Shown: positions 19,667-29,200 of the stretch, one piece after another | Layout of the letters: every line of letters begins with the position of its first letter | Numbering within the stretch: position 1 is the stretch's first letter | NCBI GenBank assembly: GCA_944391565.1 | Contig: CALXUB010000021.1 | Coordinates: 15,693 to 79,692, forward strand | Length of the DNA: 64,000 nucleotides | From: an uncultured Alphaproteobacteria bacterium | Lineage (GTDB): Bacteria; Pseudomonadota; Alphaproteobacteria; CAAHEQ01; UBA3637 | Direction of reading: 5' to 3' | Made by a program: the position numbers and the translations under genes | Notes under the pieces: generated by a model | Database searches by the model: none | Told to the model about the DNA's origin: nothing | What the model saw: the letters and a program-made list of their open reading frames with translations, nothing else

Positions 19667-21646
19667 ATGAAATATCCGAAACTGTTTGAAAAAGGCAGAA
19701 TTGCTGATTTAGAGATTAAAAATCGCATGGCGATGGTGGCGTTGGCCATGGGAGTTGCCGATAAAGACCAAAGCATCGGAAAGGACTTCACGGCCTATCT
19801 GATGGAGCGGGCCAAAGGCGGTGTCGGTTTGATGTTTTTGGAAAATACGCGCGTAGACGATGTTCACGGCGTGGCGGCACCTTGTCAAGCAAGTGTTGCC
19901 AGGGACGATTTGATTCCTTCCTTAAAAGCGGCCGTCGATAAAATTCATGCTCAAGGGGTTGTCATCTTCACCCAGCTGCATCATCCGGGCCGCGAAACAT
20001 TTACTTATTTGAACGGTAATGAACCGTTATGGAGTTCTTCGAACAAACCGTGCGGCGTCTGTCAACAACCGACGCATGAGATGACAACCGCCGAAGTCGA
20101 AGAAGTCATCCAAAAGTTTATCCAAGGAGCTGTCCGATCCCAAAAAGCGGGTTTTGACGGTGTTGAACTGCACGCGGCGCACGGCTATTTGATTTCTCAG
20201 TTTCTCAGTCCTTACACCAATCAACGTACGGATCGGTTCGGCGGCAGCTTTGAAGGACGGTTTGAATTCATCAAGGAAATTATTCAGGGCATACAGAAAG
20301 CTTGCGGAAAAGACTATCCGATTTCGGTGCGTTTGACGGTCGATGAGCTTTTGGCGCCCAACGGCGTTAAAACTTATTTGACGTTAACGGACGGAGTGCG
20401 TATTGCCCAGGAGTTGGAAAAACAAGGTATAGCGGTTTTGAATGTCTCAAACGGCATTTATGAATCTTTTAACGCTTTGTCGGAGCCCATCACTTATCCC
20501 CAAGGCTGCCGCACCGACTTAATTCGCACCATTCGCAACGCTGTCAAGCTCCCCATCATCGCTGTGAATATGGTAAAAGAACCTTGGTTTGCCGAACAAA
20601 TGCTGAAAGACGGTTTAGTTGACTTTGTGGGGTTGGGTCGTGCATTGGTGGCGGACCCGGAATGGCCCCGAAAAGCTTTTGAAGGTCGCGAAGATGAAAT
20701 CAACCGTTGTATTTCCTGCAATTTTTGTTTTGAAACATTGGTCAGCGATACCATTCCGGGCAAAGGTCCCGTCAAATGCGCGGTCAATGCGCGAGCGGCG
20801 CGAGAAGCACTGTATCCTGATTTTCAAAAAAACGGTGCCGGACGAACCGTTTTAATCGCGGGAGCCGGCGTCGCCGGTTTGGAAGCAGCTCGTGTTTTGG
20901 CTCTCCGCGGTTTCGCTCCCGTCATTTTGGAAAAAGAACATCAGGTCGGCGGTCAAATTAACATTGCCAACAAACCTCCGCTTAAAGACAAAATCAACTG
21001 GATTGTGGATTGGGAATTAAAACAACTGGCTTTACTGGGTGTTGCTATCAAAACCGGAGTGGAAGTGACGGCCGAATACCTGGAAAAAGAAGCCCCCTAT
21101 GCGATTATTTTAGCAACCGGTGCCGTTCCGACGCGGCCCCAAAACATTCCCGGAATCAACGGCGCAAATGTTTTCACGGTAGATGAGGTTTTAAACGGCA
21201 GTCGTGATTTGCAAAACAGGCGCATTGCTTTGATCGGAACGGGCTCAACGGGATTAGAAGTCGCGGAATATCTGGCTGAAAAAGGCAATGCACTGACGCT
21301 TGTTGAGATGCAGGACAGCATCGGGAAAGGTGTTTATGTGCAGCATTATCTGGATGCGATGGATAAGCTGAAAGGATATGAAATTCAAAATTTACCCTCG
21401 CACCGACTTAAAGAAATTCGACCCACCCAGGTTGTTGTGACGAATTTACTGACACAGACGGACGAAACATATGACACGGACGCCGTTGTGTTGGCTTTGG
21501 GCGTTCACTCGGTCAACGAATTGGAAACGGCTGCACGACGGGTGACGGAACGTGTTTGGGTCGTGGGAGACGCCAAAGCCCCCGGTCGCATTGAATCGGC
21601 TATTCGCTCGGCTTTTGAAGCTGCTTATAACCTGCCGGTTGACTAG
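19667..21646 (+). CDS. NADH:flavin oxidoreductase (Old Yellow Enzyme + Fe-S + FAD domains; FadH/BaiCD-like)
   Basis: ERAKGGVG, HAAHGYL, CISCNFC…C and GAGVAG/GTGSTG Rossmann motifs. Confidence 0.92.
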   Translation: MKYPKLFEKGRIADLEIKNRMAMVALAMGVADKDQSIGKDFTAYLMERAKGGVGLMFLENTRVDDVHGVAAPCQASVARDDLIPSLKAAVDKIHAQGVVIFTQLHHPGRETFTYLNGNEPLWSSSNKPCGVCQQPTHEMTTAEVEEVIQKFIQGAVRSQKAGFDGVELHAAHGYLISQFLSPYTNQRTDRFGGSFEGRFEFIKEIIQGIQKACGKDYPISVRLTVDELLAPNGVKTYLTLTDGVRIAQELEKQGIAVLNVSNGIYESFNALSEPITYPQGCRTDLIRTIRNAVKLPIIAVNMVKEPWFAEQMLKDGLVDFVGLGRALVADPEWPRKAFEGREDEINRCISCNFCFETLVSDTIPGKGPVKCAVNARAAREALYPDFQKNGAGRTVLIAGAGVAGLEAARVLALRGFAPVILEKEHQVGGQINIANKPPLKDKINWIVDWELKQLALLGVAIKTGVEVTAEYLEKEAPYAIILATGAVPTRPQNIPGINGANVFTVDEVLNGSRDLQNRRIALIGTGSTGLEVAEYLAEKGNALTLVEMQDSIGKGVYVQHYLDAMDKLKGYEIQNLPSHRLKEIRPTQVVVTNLLTQTDETYDTDAVVLALGVHSVNELETAARRVTERVWVVGDAKAPGRIESAIRSAFEAAYNLPVD

Positions 21647-21767
21647 TGTTGATTTTTCTTGTTTTTTTACATAAAAAATCAACTGGTTATCAAAAAAAGA
21701 GTGCTTTTTCGTTGACAGCAGCGAAGCACTCTTTTAAACTAAGCCGAACAAGCGAATAAGGACTGTC

Positions 21768-22880
21768 ATGAAACTGGATTATGTTTTAACCAAAAACCGG
21801 CTTACCCTGCTGCTCAGCGGGGATTATTTGGCTTATGACGACGCCGAAGCCAAAAAACGGCTGTTTCAGGAAGTTATCAAACATGCGCCGGCACACATTG
21901 ACATTCATGCGAAAGATTTGGGTAAGTGGGATTCGTCGCTTGTCATTATTTTGTTTGAGCTGCAAAAGCTGGCTCACAAAAAGAATTTGGTTTTTCAGAC
22001 GGAGGCGTTGCCTGAAGGCTTGAAAAAGCTGTTGGACCTGGCCTTGGCGGTTCGTCCCAAGCCGCCACAGCAAAAAGCGCCTGCGGCTTGTTTTTTAGAA
22101 AGAACCGGTGCTTATGCTTGTGCACTTTACCATATCTGCCGACGCGGGTTGAGTTTTATTCATCAAACCATTCAGTCTGTCGGACACTACTTAACGGGCT
22201 CAGCCGTGATGCGCCGCGTGGATTTGTGGTTTGCGCTGGAGGATGCCGGTCCGAAAGCTATCGGCATTGTATCGCTTATCAGTTTTATGGTCGGTTTGAT
22301 TTTGGCGTTTGTCGGCGCCATTCAATTAAAATCTTTTGGAGCGCAGATCTATGTCGCAAGCTTGGTAGCCATCGGCATGACCCGTATCATGGGAGCCATT
22401 ATGGCCGGTATTATCATGGCGGGCCGAACGGGTGCTTCCTATGCGGCCAGTATCGGCACCATGCAGGTGAATGAGGAGTTGGACGCTTTAAAAACGATGG
22501 GTATTCCTGCTTCGGACTTTTTGGTTCTGCCGCGCGTCATCGCATTGACGTTAACCATGCCGCTTTTGACCATGCTGTCTGATTTTATGGGTATGTTGGG
22601 CGGCGGCGCCGTCGGTGTTTTCATGTTGGGCATTTCCCCACAGGAATATTGGAAATATTCTGTTGACGCTTTTGATTTGACCAATTTTTTGGTTGGGATT
22701 TTTCACGGCCTTGTATTCGGCTGGGTGATTGCGTTGTGCGGATGTTATTACGGAATTAACGCCGGCCGCAATGCTGACAGCGTCGGTGCGGCGACAACCA
22801 AAGCCGTTGTTTCGGCCATTGTTTGGATGATCGTTATGACCGGTATCATAACTTGGCTGTGTGAGGTCATCGGCATATGA
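21768..22880 (+). CDS. mlaE: MlaE-family ABC permease with an N-terminal STAS-like domain
   Basis: AGRTGASYAASIGTMQVNEELDAL and VGAATTKAVV motifs. Confidence 0.9.
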   Translation: MKLDYVLTKNRLTLLLSGDYLAYDDAEAKKRLFQEVIKHAPAHIDIHAKDLGKWDSSLVIILFELQKLAHKKNLVFQTEALPEGLKKLLDLALAVRPKPPQQKAPAACFLERTGAYACALYHICRRGLSFIHQTIQSVGHYLTGSAVMRRVDLWFALEDAGPKAIGIVSLISFMVGLILAFVGAIQLKSFGAQIYVASLVAIGMTRIMGAIMAGIIMAGRTGASYAASIGTMQVNEELDALKTMGIPASDFLVLPRVIALTLTMPLLTMLSDFMGMLGGGAVGVFMLGISPQEYWKYSVDAFDLTNFLVGIFHGLVFGWVIALCGCYYGINAGRNADSVGAATTKAVVSAIVWMIVMTGIITWLCEVIGI

Positions 22881-23647
22881 AAAACATTCTTCCGATTGAA
22901 GCTAAAAACATCACCGTTGCTTACGGATCTTTTGTGTTATTAAAAGACATCAGCTTTGCCGTCAAGCCACACGATATTTTCATCATTATGGGCGGGTCCG
23001 GCTGCGGAAAAAGCAGTCTGCTTCGTGTGTTAACCGATCTGATGCCGCCGGCGCACGGCGATGTTTTTATTGACGGCGTTAACTTTACAAAAGCCGACAC
23101 AATCGAAAAAAATATTTTGATGCAAAAAAGCGGCATTTTATATCAAAGCGGCGCACTGTTCAGCTCGATGACACTGGCTGAAAACATTGCCTTGCCGTTG
23201 CAACAATATACATCCTATTCGGCACAAACCATCCGCGAACTGGTGGCGTTAAAACTGGCCCTGGTCGGTTTGGCCGGGTTTGAGGATTTTTATCCTTCGG
23301 AAATCTCCGGCGGCATGAAAAAACGGGCCGGATTGGCGCGTGCTTTGGCTTTGGACCCGGAAATTGTTTATTTTGACGAACCGTCGGCCGGTTTGGATCC
23401 TTTAAGCTCCAAACGACTGGATGATTTAATTATTGACATCAATCAAACGCTGGGTACAACCATTGTCGTCGTCACACACGAGCTGAGCTCGATTTTTGAC
23501 ATCGGCACCAACAGCATTTTTTTGGACGGTGCCAGCAAAAGCATTATCGCACGCGGCAATCCGAAAACGCTGTTGAAAAACCCGCCCAACGAAACCGTTT
23601 ATGAATTTTTAACAAGAGGTAAGCATCATGCACAAAGAACCCCATAA
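22877..23647 (+). CDS. mlaF: MlaF-family ABC ATPase
   Basis: GGSGCGKS, SGGMKKRAGLARALALDP and DEPSAGLDP motifs. Confidence 0.92.
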   Translation: MKNILPIEAKNITVAYGSFVLLKDISFAVKPHDIFIIMGGSGCGKSSLLRVLTDLMPPAHGDVFIDGVNFTKADTIEKNILMQKSGILYQSGALFSSMTLAENIALPLQQYTSYSAQTIRELVALKLALVGLAGFEDFYPSEISGGMKKRAGLARALALDPEIVYFDEPSAGLDPLSSKRLDDLIIDINQTLGTTIVVVTHELSSIFDIGTNSIFLDGASKSIIARGNPKTLLKNPPNETVYEFLTRGKHHAQRTP

Positions 23648-24410
23648 AAAACTGATCGGCTTTTTTATTTTAGTCGGATTTGCTTTGTTGATCGGATTGA
23701 TCAGCAAGTCTGTTTTTGACAAGGTTTTCACAAACGAAGAAAATGTTGTCGTGATGTACTTTGACGAATCCGTTAAAGGACTGAACGTGGGTTCTTCGGT
23801 AGTGTTTAAAGGCGTTGAAATCGGAAAAGTATCCAAGATACAATTGATCGCGGATCCGAAAAACTTGGACTTCAGCATTCCGGTTTACGCCCGTTTTTCA
23901 CCGAACCAAGACTTGGCTCAATCGGACAAATCGCCTTGGGAAAAAAGACGCGCCATTTCCGCATTTATTCAAAAAGGTCTCCGCGCACGACTGATTACCC
24001 AAAGTTATCTGACAGGCCAGCTGATGATCGAACTTGAAATGTTGCCCGACACACCGATTGTACTGAAAGAGAAAAATACGGCTATTTTGGAAATTCCGAC
24101 CGTTTTATCGCCCATCGGCGAACTGTCAAAAGGTTTTCAAAATCTGCCGATTCGTCGGACGCTGGAAACTTTTAACAGCATTTTGACTCAAATGGATGAC
24201 GAACTGCCTCGCATTTTGCCGCAGTTTGCACAAATCGGCGAACGGCTCAACAAACTGATCGAACAAAACGCGCCCTTGACGGCAGATACGCTCAACACCG
24301 TGAACGAAACACTCTACGATATCAGCGATGCGGCCAAAGCGTTGCGTAATTTTGCGGATTACATTGAACGTCATCCCGAAGCGATTTTAAAAGGAAAAGG
24401 AGAATACTGA
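23628..24410 (+). CDS. MCE-domain (MlaD/PqiB-like) protein
   Basis: SVKGLNVGSSVVFKGVEIGKV, GLRARL and C-terminal ERHPEAIL. Confidence 0.88.
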   Translation: MHKEPHKKLIGFFILVGFALLIGLISKSVFDKVFTNEENVVVMYFDESVKGLNVGSSVVFKGVEIGKVSKIQLIADPKNLDFSIPVYARFSPNQDLAQSDKSPWEKRRAISAFIQKGLRARLITQSYLTGQLMIELEMLPDTPIVLKEKNTAILEIPTVLSPIGELSKGFQNLPIRRTLETFNSILTQMDDELPRILPQFAQIGERLNKLIEQNAPLTADTLNTVNETLYDISDAAKALRNFADYIERHPEAILKGKGEY

Positions 24411-24982
24411 TGAAAAAATGGATTGCTTTTTTAGGGTTGTTTTTCTTGACGGCCTGCATCGGCACCAGTTTGCCCACGACTTTTTACACGCTGAAAGCCG
24501 GCGAACCGACAAAGACTTTTCCCACGACCGCCACTATCGGCGTTGATCCGGTCAAACTGCCGGCTTTTTTGGATAAACCGCAGATTGTTGTCAGACAAAA
24601 AGACGGCATTCAACTGAAGTTTTCAGAAACGCATCGGTGGAGCGAACCGCTTTCTTCGCTTTTGCAACGGACATTGGCCGAAGATATGACCCGCGCACTG
24701 CCCAAAGCTGAAGTGAAACCCAAAACTTCCGCCCGCGAACGATTTGATTATGTCGTTGCTGTGGAAATAGCGGACTTAAGCGGTGCTTTTGAGGGGGAAA
24801 TGACCCTGGATGCCTGGTGGAGCATTACGGATACCTCCGGTTATGCCATCGCGCGGCGGCGGACAACCCTTTCGGAACCGCTGAAAGACAGCTATGCCGA
24901 CTTGGTTTTAACACAAGGCAAGCTTGTCAATCGTCTGGCCGACGAAATCGCGCGCCAAATTGCCGGCCTGCGGAAAAAATAA
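24410..24982 (+). CDS. pqiC: PqiC-family outer-membrane lipoprotein
   Basis: Lipobox LTAC; LPAFLDKPQIV and HRWSEPL motifs. Confidence 0.85.
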   Translation: MKKWIAFLGLFFLTACIGTSLPTTFYTLKAGEPTKTFPTTATIGVDPVKLPAFLDKPQIVVRQKDGIQLKFSETHRWSEPLSSLLQRTLAEDMTRALPKAEVKPKTSARERFDYVVAVEIADLSGAFEGEMTLDAWWSITDTSGYAIARRRTTLSEPLKDSYADLVLTQGKLVNRLADEIARQIAGLRKK

Positions 24983-25056
24983 TATCGAAAAAAGATGACA
25001 AAACATGTCATTTATGTTAAACTGCTTTCATTGTATGAATTAAAAAGGAAAAAAAT

Positions 25057-25716
25057 ATGAAAGCTTCAGAACAAACATACCTGAATGAATCTTTGTTTCA
25101 CGCGATTGACACGGGTCGATTGTCCGCGGTTAAAAAAGCTGTCTGTCTCGGCGCCGATCTGGCAGCAGTGACAAAAGGCAAACAAACGCCGCTTTTCTAT
25201 GCAATTAATCAACAAGCGCCGGTCGTTATACAAAATTATTTGATTGACCGCACGTTCCAAGTTAATTTTGTCTCCGTGAATGGTTTATCCGTCCTTCAGC
25301 TGGCTGTTCATAAAAATGCTCCGGCTTTGGCAAAACTGTTGCAGCATCCGGCGTTGGATATCAATTATCAATCCATAACAGGAAGCGCTTTAAACATCGC
25401 CATTAACGAAAACAAACCCGAGATTGTCAAACAGTTGTTGACCCATCCTGACATTTGGGTTAACGCGCGCAACGCGGAACAGGAAACACCTTTAATCCAA
25501 GCCGTTATTCTCCAACGTCCCGAAATTGTGGCATTGCTGTTAAAACACAAAGACATCAATGTCCACTTGGCTCATCCGCTGATGGGGTCTCCGGCACAGA
25601 TTGCGTTCCGTTCCGGCAACGGCGGTATTTTAAGTATGCTGAAAAGCAAAGACGCCGTCTGCAAAATGCCTTTGCTGCACCACATGGCGGCGGAACGGCA
25701 AAAAACGTATGCCTAG
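25057..25716 (+). CDS. Ankyrin-repeat protein
   Basis: TPLFYAI, SALNIAI and TPLIQAV repeats. Confidence 0.85.
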   Translation: MKASEQTYLNESLFHAIDTGRLSAVKKAVCLGADLAAVTKGKQTPLFYAINQQAPVVIQNYLIDRTFQVNFVSVNGLSVLQLAVHKNAPALAKLLQHPALDINYQSITGSALNIAINENKPEIVKQLLTHPDIWVNARNAEQETPLIQAVILQRPEIVALLLKHKDINVHLAHPLMGSPAQIAFRSGNGGILSMLKSKDAVCKMPLLHHMAAERQKTYA

Positions 25717-27440
25717 CTTTCTGCCAACAACTCGGCCAGCGACGGCATATGCGCCTCGTACCGTTCGGCAAAAGCCTGAATGGCGGCCGAAGAGAATCGT
25801 TTCGGATCCAAAACCATGGCTTCTGCCGGAAAGGGCCTTTTGTTGTCGATTTTAACATCCATGACAACCGGTTTTGTGCTTTTTCGGGCTGCTTGAAACG
25901 CAGCCGGCAGTTCTTCCGGATGAGTGACTTTTATGCCCATAGCTCCCATTGCTTCTGCCGCCGCCGCATAGTCTGCATCATATAAATCCACGCCATAAAA
26001 ATGGCGGTTTGTCACCTCTTGTTCGGCATCAATAAAACCCAGTGCGCTGTTGGAAAAAACAACATTGATAATCGGCAAATGATATTTGGCTTGTGTCATA
26101 ACTTCCTGCATCACCATAGAAAAAGCACCATCACCGTTCAGCGTAATAACCTGGCGATCCGGATAAGTCAGTTTGGCTGCAATACCTCCCGGCAGGCCAT
26201 ACCCCATTGTTGCAAACCAGGCGGAGGTCGTAAACTGTTGACCCGAACCGTTCATATCCAGCATGCGCACCGCGTAAATGGTACAGTTGCCCACATCCGT
26301 GACAAACACAGCATCAGCAGCAGCTATTTTGTTGATTTCCCGAAAAACAGGTTCCGGTCGCAATGGAATGGTTTTACTGTCTTCAAAACCTTTGATCCAT
26401 TTTTGCCAGTTTTCTCGATTTTTTAAGCACGCTTTCAAAAAAAGCGTCGGCGCACGAGGCGGCAGATATTTTTTCAACAAACTTAAAGCTGCTTTGGCAT
26501 CTCCTAAAATGACGGCATCAGCCTTATGACGCTTGCCCAGCTTGGAAGCATCCGTATCTATTTGAACAAAAGCGCAGTCTTTCGGAAAGAAAAAAGGTGC
26601 AAAGGGAAAATCACTGCCGACAAAAAGAATCAAATCAGCCATGGCCAGTGCCTCATTGGCCGGTTTTGAAGCCACACGCGCCGCTGTTCCCATCAGCTCG
26701 GGCGTTGAGTCAGGCAGCAGGCCTTTAGCCGGAACGGAAGAAACAATCGGCATGGCAAAGTGTCTGGCTAAGGCCAAAACTTCATCAGCCGCACTGAACG
26801 CCCCCCGACCGATATATAAAACGGGTCGCTTGGAATTTGTCAAAAAAGGAACAGCCTGCACCACGGCTTTTTCATCCGGCATCACAACCCCTTCCCTGTG
26901 ACTTGCCGCATTGCCGTCAAAAACAGGCTCAATCGGCACAAAGCCGAAATCAACCGGCAGTGTGACAACCGCAATGCCATGATGTTCATAAGCCCGCCGA
27001 ACGGCTTCATCAACAACATGCGGCAAACTTTCGGGCGTCATCACCGTGCGATTGTAAACACTGACATCAGCAAACATCGGATTTTCATTCAGCTCCTGAA
27101 ATGTATCCGTATTCATGGCCGAAGCTGCCACCTGACCAATCAACGCCAAAACAGGCGCATGATCCATGGCCGCATCATACAGGCCGTTCATTAAATGCGT
27201 CGCGCCGGGTCCGGCCGATCCGAAACACACACCGATATGCCCTGATAGTTTTGCATGTGCTGAAGCTGCCAAAGCACCGCTTTCTTCATGACGCACCTGA
27301 ATGTATTGAATTGTTTTTCGCCGCTCAAACAACGCGTCCATCAATGAATTGATTGAACCGCCCGGAATACCGTAGATTTGCTGAACGCCCCACTTTTCCA
27401 AAACGTTCAACATGGCTTCTGCTGCTGTTATCTGTGTCAT
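25713..27440 (-). CDS. spxB: Pyruvate oxidase (ThDP/FAD), SpxB/Pox type
   Basis: YGIPGGSINS, VRHEESGA, FQELNENP, KPANEAL and GDGAFSM motifs typical of lactic-acid-bacterial pyruvate oxidases. Confidence 0.85.
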   Translation of the reverse strand: MTQITAAEAMLNVLEKWGVQQIYGIPGGSINSLMDALFERRKTIQYIQVRHEESGALAASAHAKLSGHIGVCFGSAGPGATHLMNGLYDAAMDHAPVLALIGQVAASAMNTDTFQELNENPMFADVSVYNRTVMTPESLPHVVDEAVRRAYEHHGIAVVTLPVDFGFVPIEPVFDGNAASHREGVVMPDEKAVVQAVPFLTNSKRPVLYIGRGAFSAADEVLALARHFAMPIVSSVPAKGLLPDSTPELMGTAARVASKPANEALAMADLILFVGSDFPFAPFFFPKDCAFVQIDTDASKLGKRHKADAVILGDAKAALSLLKKYLPPRAPTLFLKACLKNRENWQKWIKGFEDSKTIPLRPEPVFREINKIAAADAVFVTDVGNCTIYAVRMLDMNGSGQQFTTSAWFATMGYGLPGGIAAKLTYPDRQVITLNGDGAFSMVMQEVMTQAKYHLPIINVVFSNSALGFIDAEQEVTNRHFYGVDLYDADYAAAAEAMGAMGIKVTHPEELPAAFQAARKSTKPVVMDVKIDNKRPFPAEAMVLDPKRFSSAAIQAFAERYEAHMPSLAELLAES

Positions 27441-27575
27441 AAGAAACCTCCCTGTTTAACAGGTAGAACATGGTTTTTTGTTTTTCATCCTCACTTTTAG
27501 GTTAGCTTCTCTTCTTTTTTATTTTCTTGTTTTATAACTTTTTTAATGTTATTCTGTTTTCAAGGAGCAGTTTAT

Positions 27576-28004
27576 ATGGATTTAAAATGTCTGAAATGCG
27601 GGGGAACAGCCCTGATTAAAAACGGTGTTGTTTTTGGTTGGCAACGCTGGAAATGCAAAAGCTGCGGCTATCAGTTTACAAAAGTGGCGCCGGCTGGCAA
27701 GCCTTTGTTTTTAAAATTGATTTCTCACAGTCTTTTTATGTCGGGTCTATCCATGCGTCAAATCGCCAAAATCCTGGGAGTGACGGCGCAATCTGTATCC
27801 CGTTGGATCCGAAAATGGCACCCGGCTTATATGCTGGAGCTGGGCAACAAAGAAAAACTGGCCAGCGCGACAAAAGACACGCTGATGCCAATCCTGAACA
27901 TCCAAAAAAACGACCGACTGCTGGTTTCTTCGACCCGCCTGCCCTCCGGTGCCGTTTATCATATCGTCATTCAGCTGCCTGATACGAAAACATTAAAAAA
28001 GTGA
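27576..28004 (+). CDS. IS1 InsA-like Zn-ribbon + HTH protein lacking a DDE catalytic domain
   Basis: CLKC…KNG…QRWKCKSCGYQF and SMRQIAKILGVTAQSVSRWIR. Confidence 0.7.
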   Translation: MDLKCLKCGGTALIKNGVVFGWQRWKCKSCGYQFTKVAPAGKPLFLKLISHSLFMSGLSMRQIAKILGVTAQSVSRWIRKWHPAYMLELGNKEKLASATKDTLMPILNIQKNDRLLVSSTRLPSGAVYHIVIQLPDTKTLKK

Positions 28005-28085
28005 CATTTCCTTTGAAAAACTTGATTTCAGAAAAAAGCCGGCGTAGTTTGCCTGACATCTGATTTTATTCTGAAGGAAAGTATC

Positions 28086-29188
28086 ATGAAAGTAAAAAAA
28101 TTAAAAGCATATCTGTTGTGTCAAAGGTCGTATTTGCCGTTTTGTTTTGCGCGCTCGGGTGGTACCTGAACAACCGGTTTACACCTCATTTTTCAAATGC
28201 GGCCGGGCATCAGACGCCTTATGTTCTGACGGCGGGTTTGGAAAAACAAGACCTGGCGCCCAAGAAAAAGTTTATTGCCGAAGTCGAAGCCATCAACAGT
28301 GTTGATATTGTGCCGCAGGTTTCCGGTTATTTGGAAAAAATCTTGTTCGAAGACGGTGCGTTTGTCGAGCAAGGAAAAGACATTTTCTTGATTGAACAGC
28401 GTAAATATAAAGCCGATTTACAATCTGCCGAAGCCGCCGTGAAACAACTGAAAAACGATTACAATCGCATTTTATCGCTCCACAAAAGCCGTGATATTTC
28501 CGATCGGGAAAGAGACTTGGCAGAAAGCAATTTGGAACAAGGCGAAGCGGCTTTGGACTTAGCGCGTCTCAACTTGGAATACACTGAAATCAAAGCCCCG
28601 ATTTCGGGACGCATCGGCAAAGCGCTGGTGACGACAGGCAATTTGGTGACACCCAACACACCACGTCTGGCGCGTATTGTGCAAACAGATCCGATCCGCA
28701 TTGTCTTTTCCGTTTCCGACAAAGAACGCATCAACTTCTTACAAGCAACGGCTGATTCCGAAGACGTGACGGTTGACATCGCTCTACCGACCGGTGAAGT
28801 TCGAACTGTTCCGGTGCAAAATATTTTTTCGGGCAACGAAGTCAATGCCGGCACGGCCACCGTCCCCGTCTATGTTGATTTAGCGAATGAAGACAATATG
28901 CTTTTACCCGGCAACTATGTGGATATTTATGTACATTTAGGGAAAAAGCAGGAAGCTTTACTGGTGCCTCAAGTGGCTTTATCCGCCGACGTCAACGGCA
29001 GCTATGTTATGACGATTGACGCAAATGGCATTGCTCATCAAACCTATATCCGGTTGGGAGACGTCATCGACGATAAACAAGTCGTTCTTTCCGGTCTAAA
29101 CGGTGACGAGCAGGTCATCATTCAAGGTCTGCAAAAAGTCGGCAACGGCACGGCTGTTCACGCCACACGCGTGACGGCTCAAGAATAA
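28086..29188 (+). pseudogene. RND periplasmic adaptor subunit, probably frameshifted at the 5' end
   Basis: PQVSGYL and IKAPISGRIG motifs; the SD-linked ATG 28086 joins the main frame only if the A7 run at 28094-28100 gains one A (alternative GTG start at 28118). Confidence 0.65.
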
Positions 29189-29200
29189 AGGGGACACAAG

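Noticed and set aside
19667-21646. Bilirubin reductase BilR or a bai operon gene
   Set aside because: The active site reads HAAHGY rather than HGDR, and no bai neighbours are present.
27546-28004. Active IS1 element
   Set aside because: No InsB/DDE frame, terminal inverted repeats or target duplication are visible.
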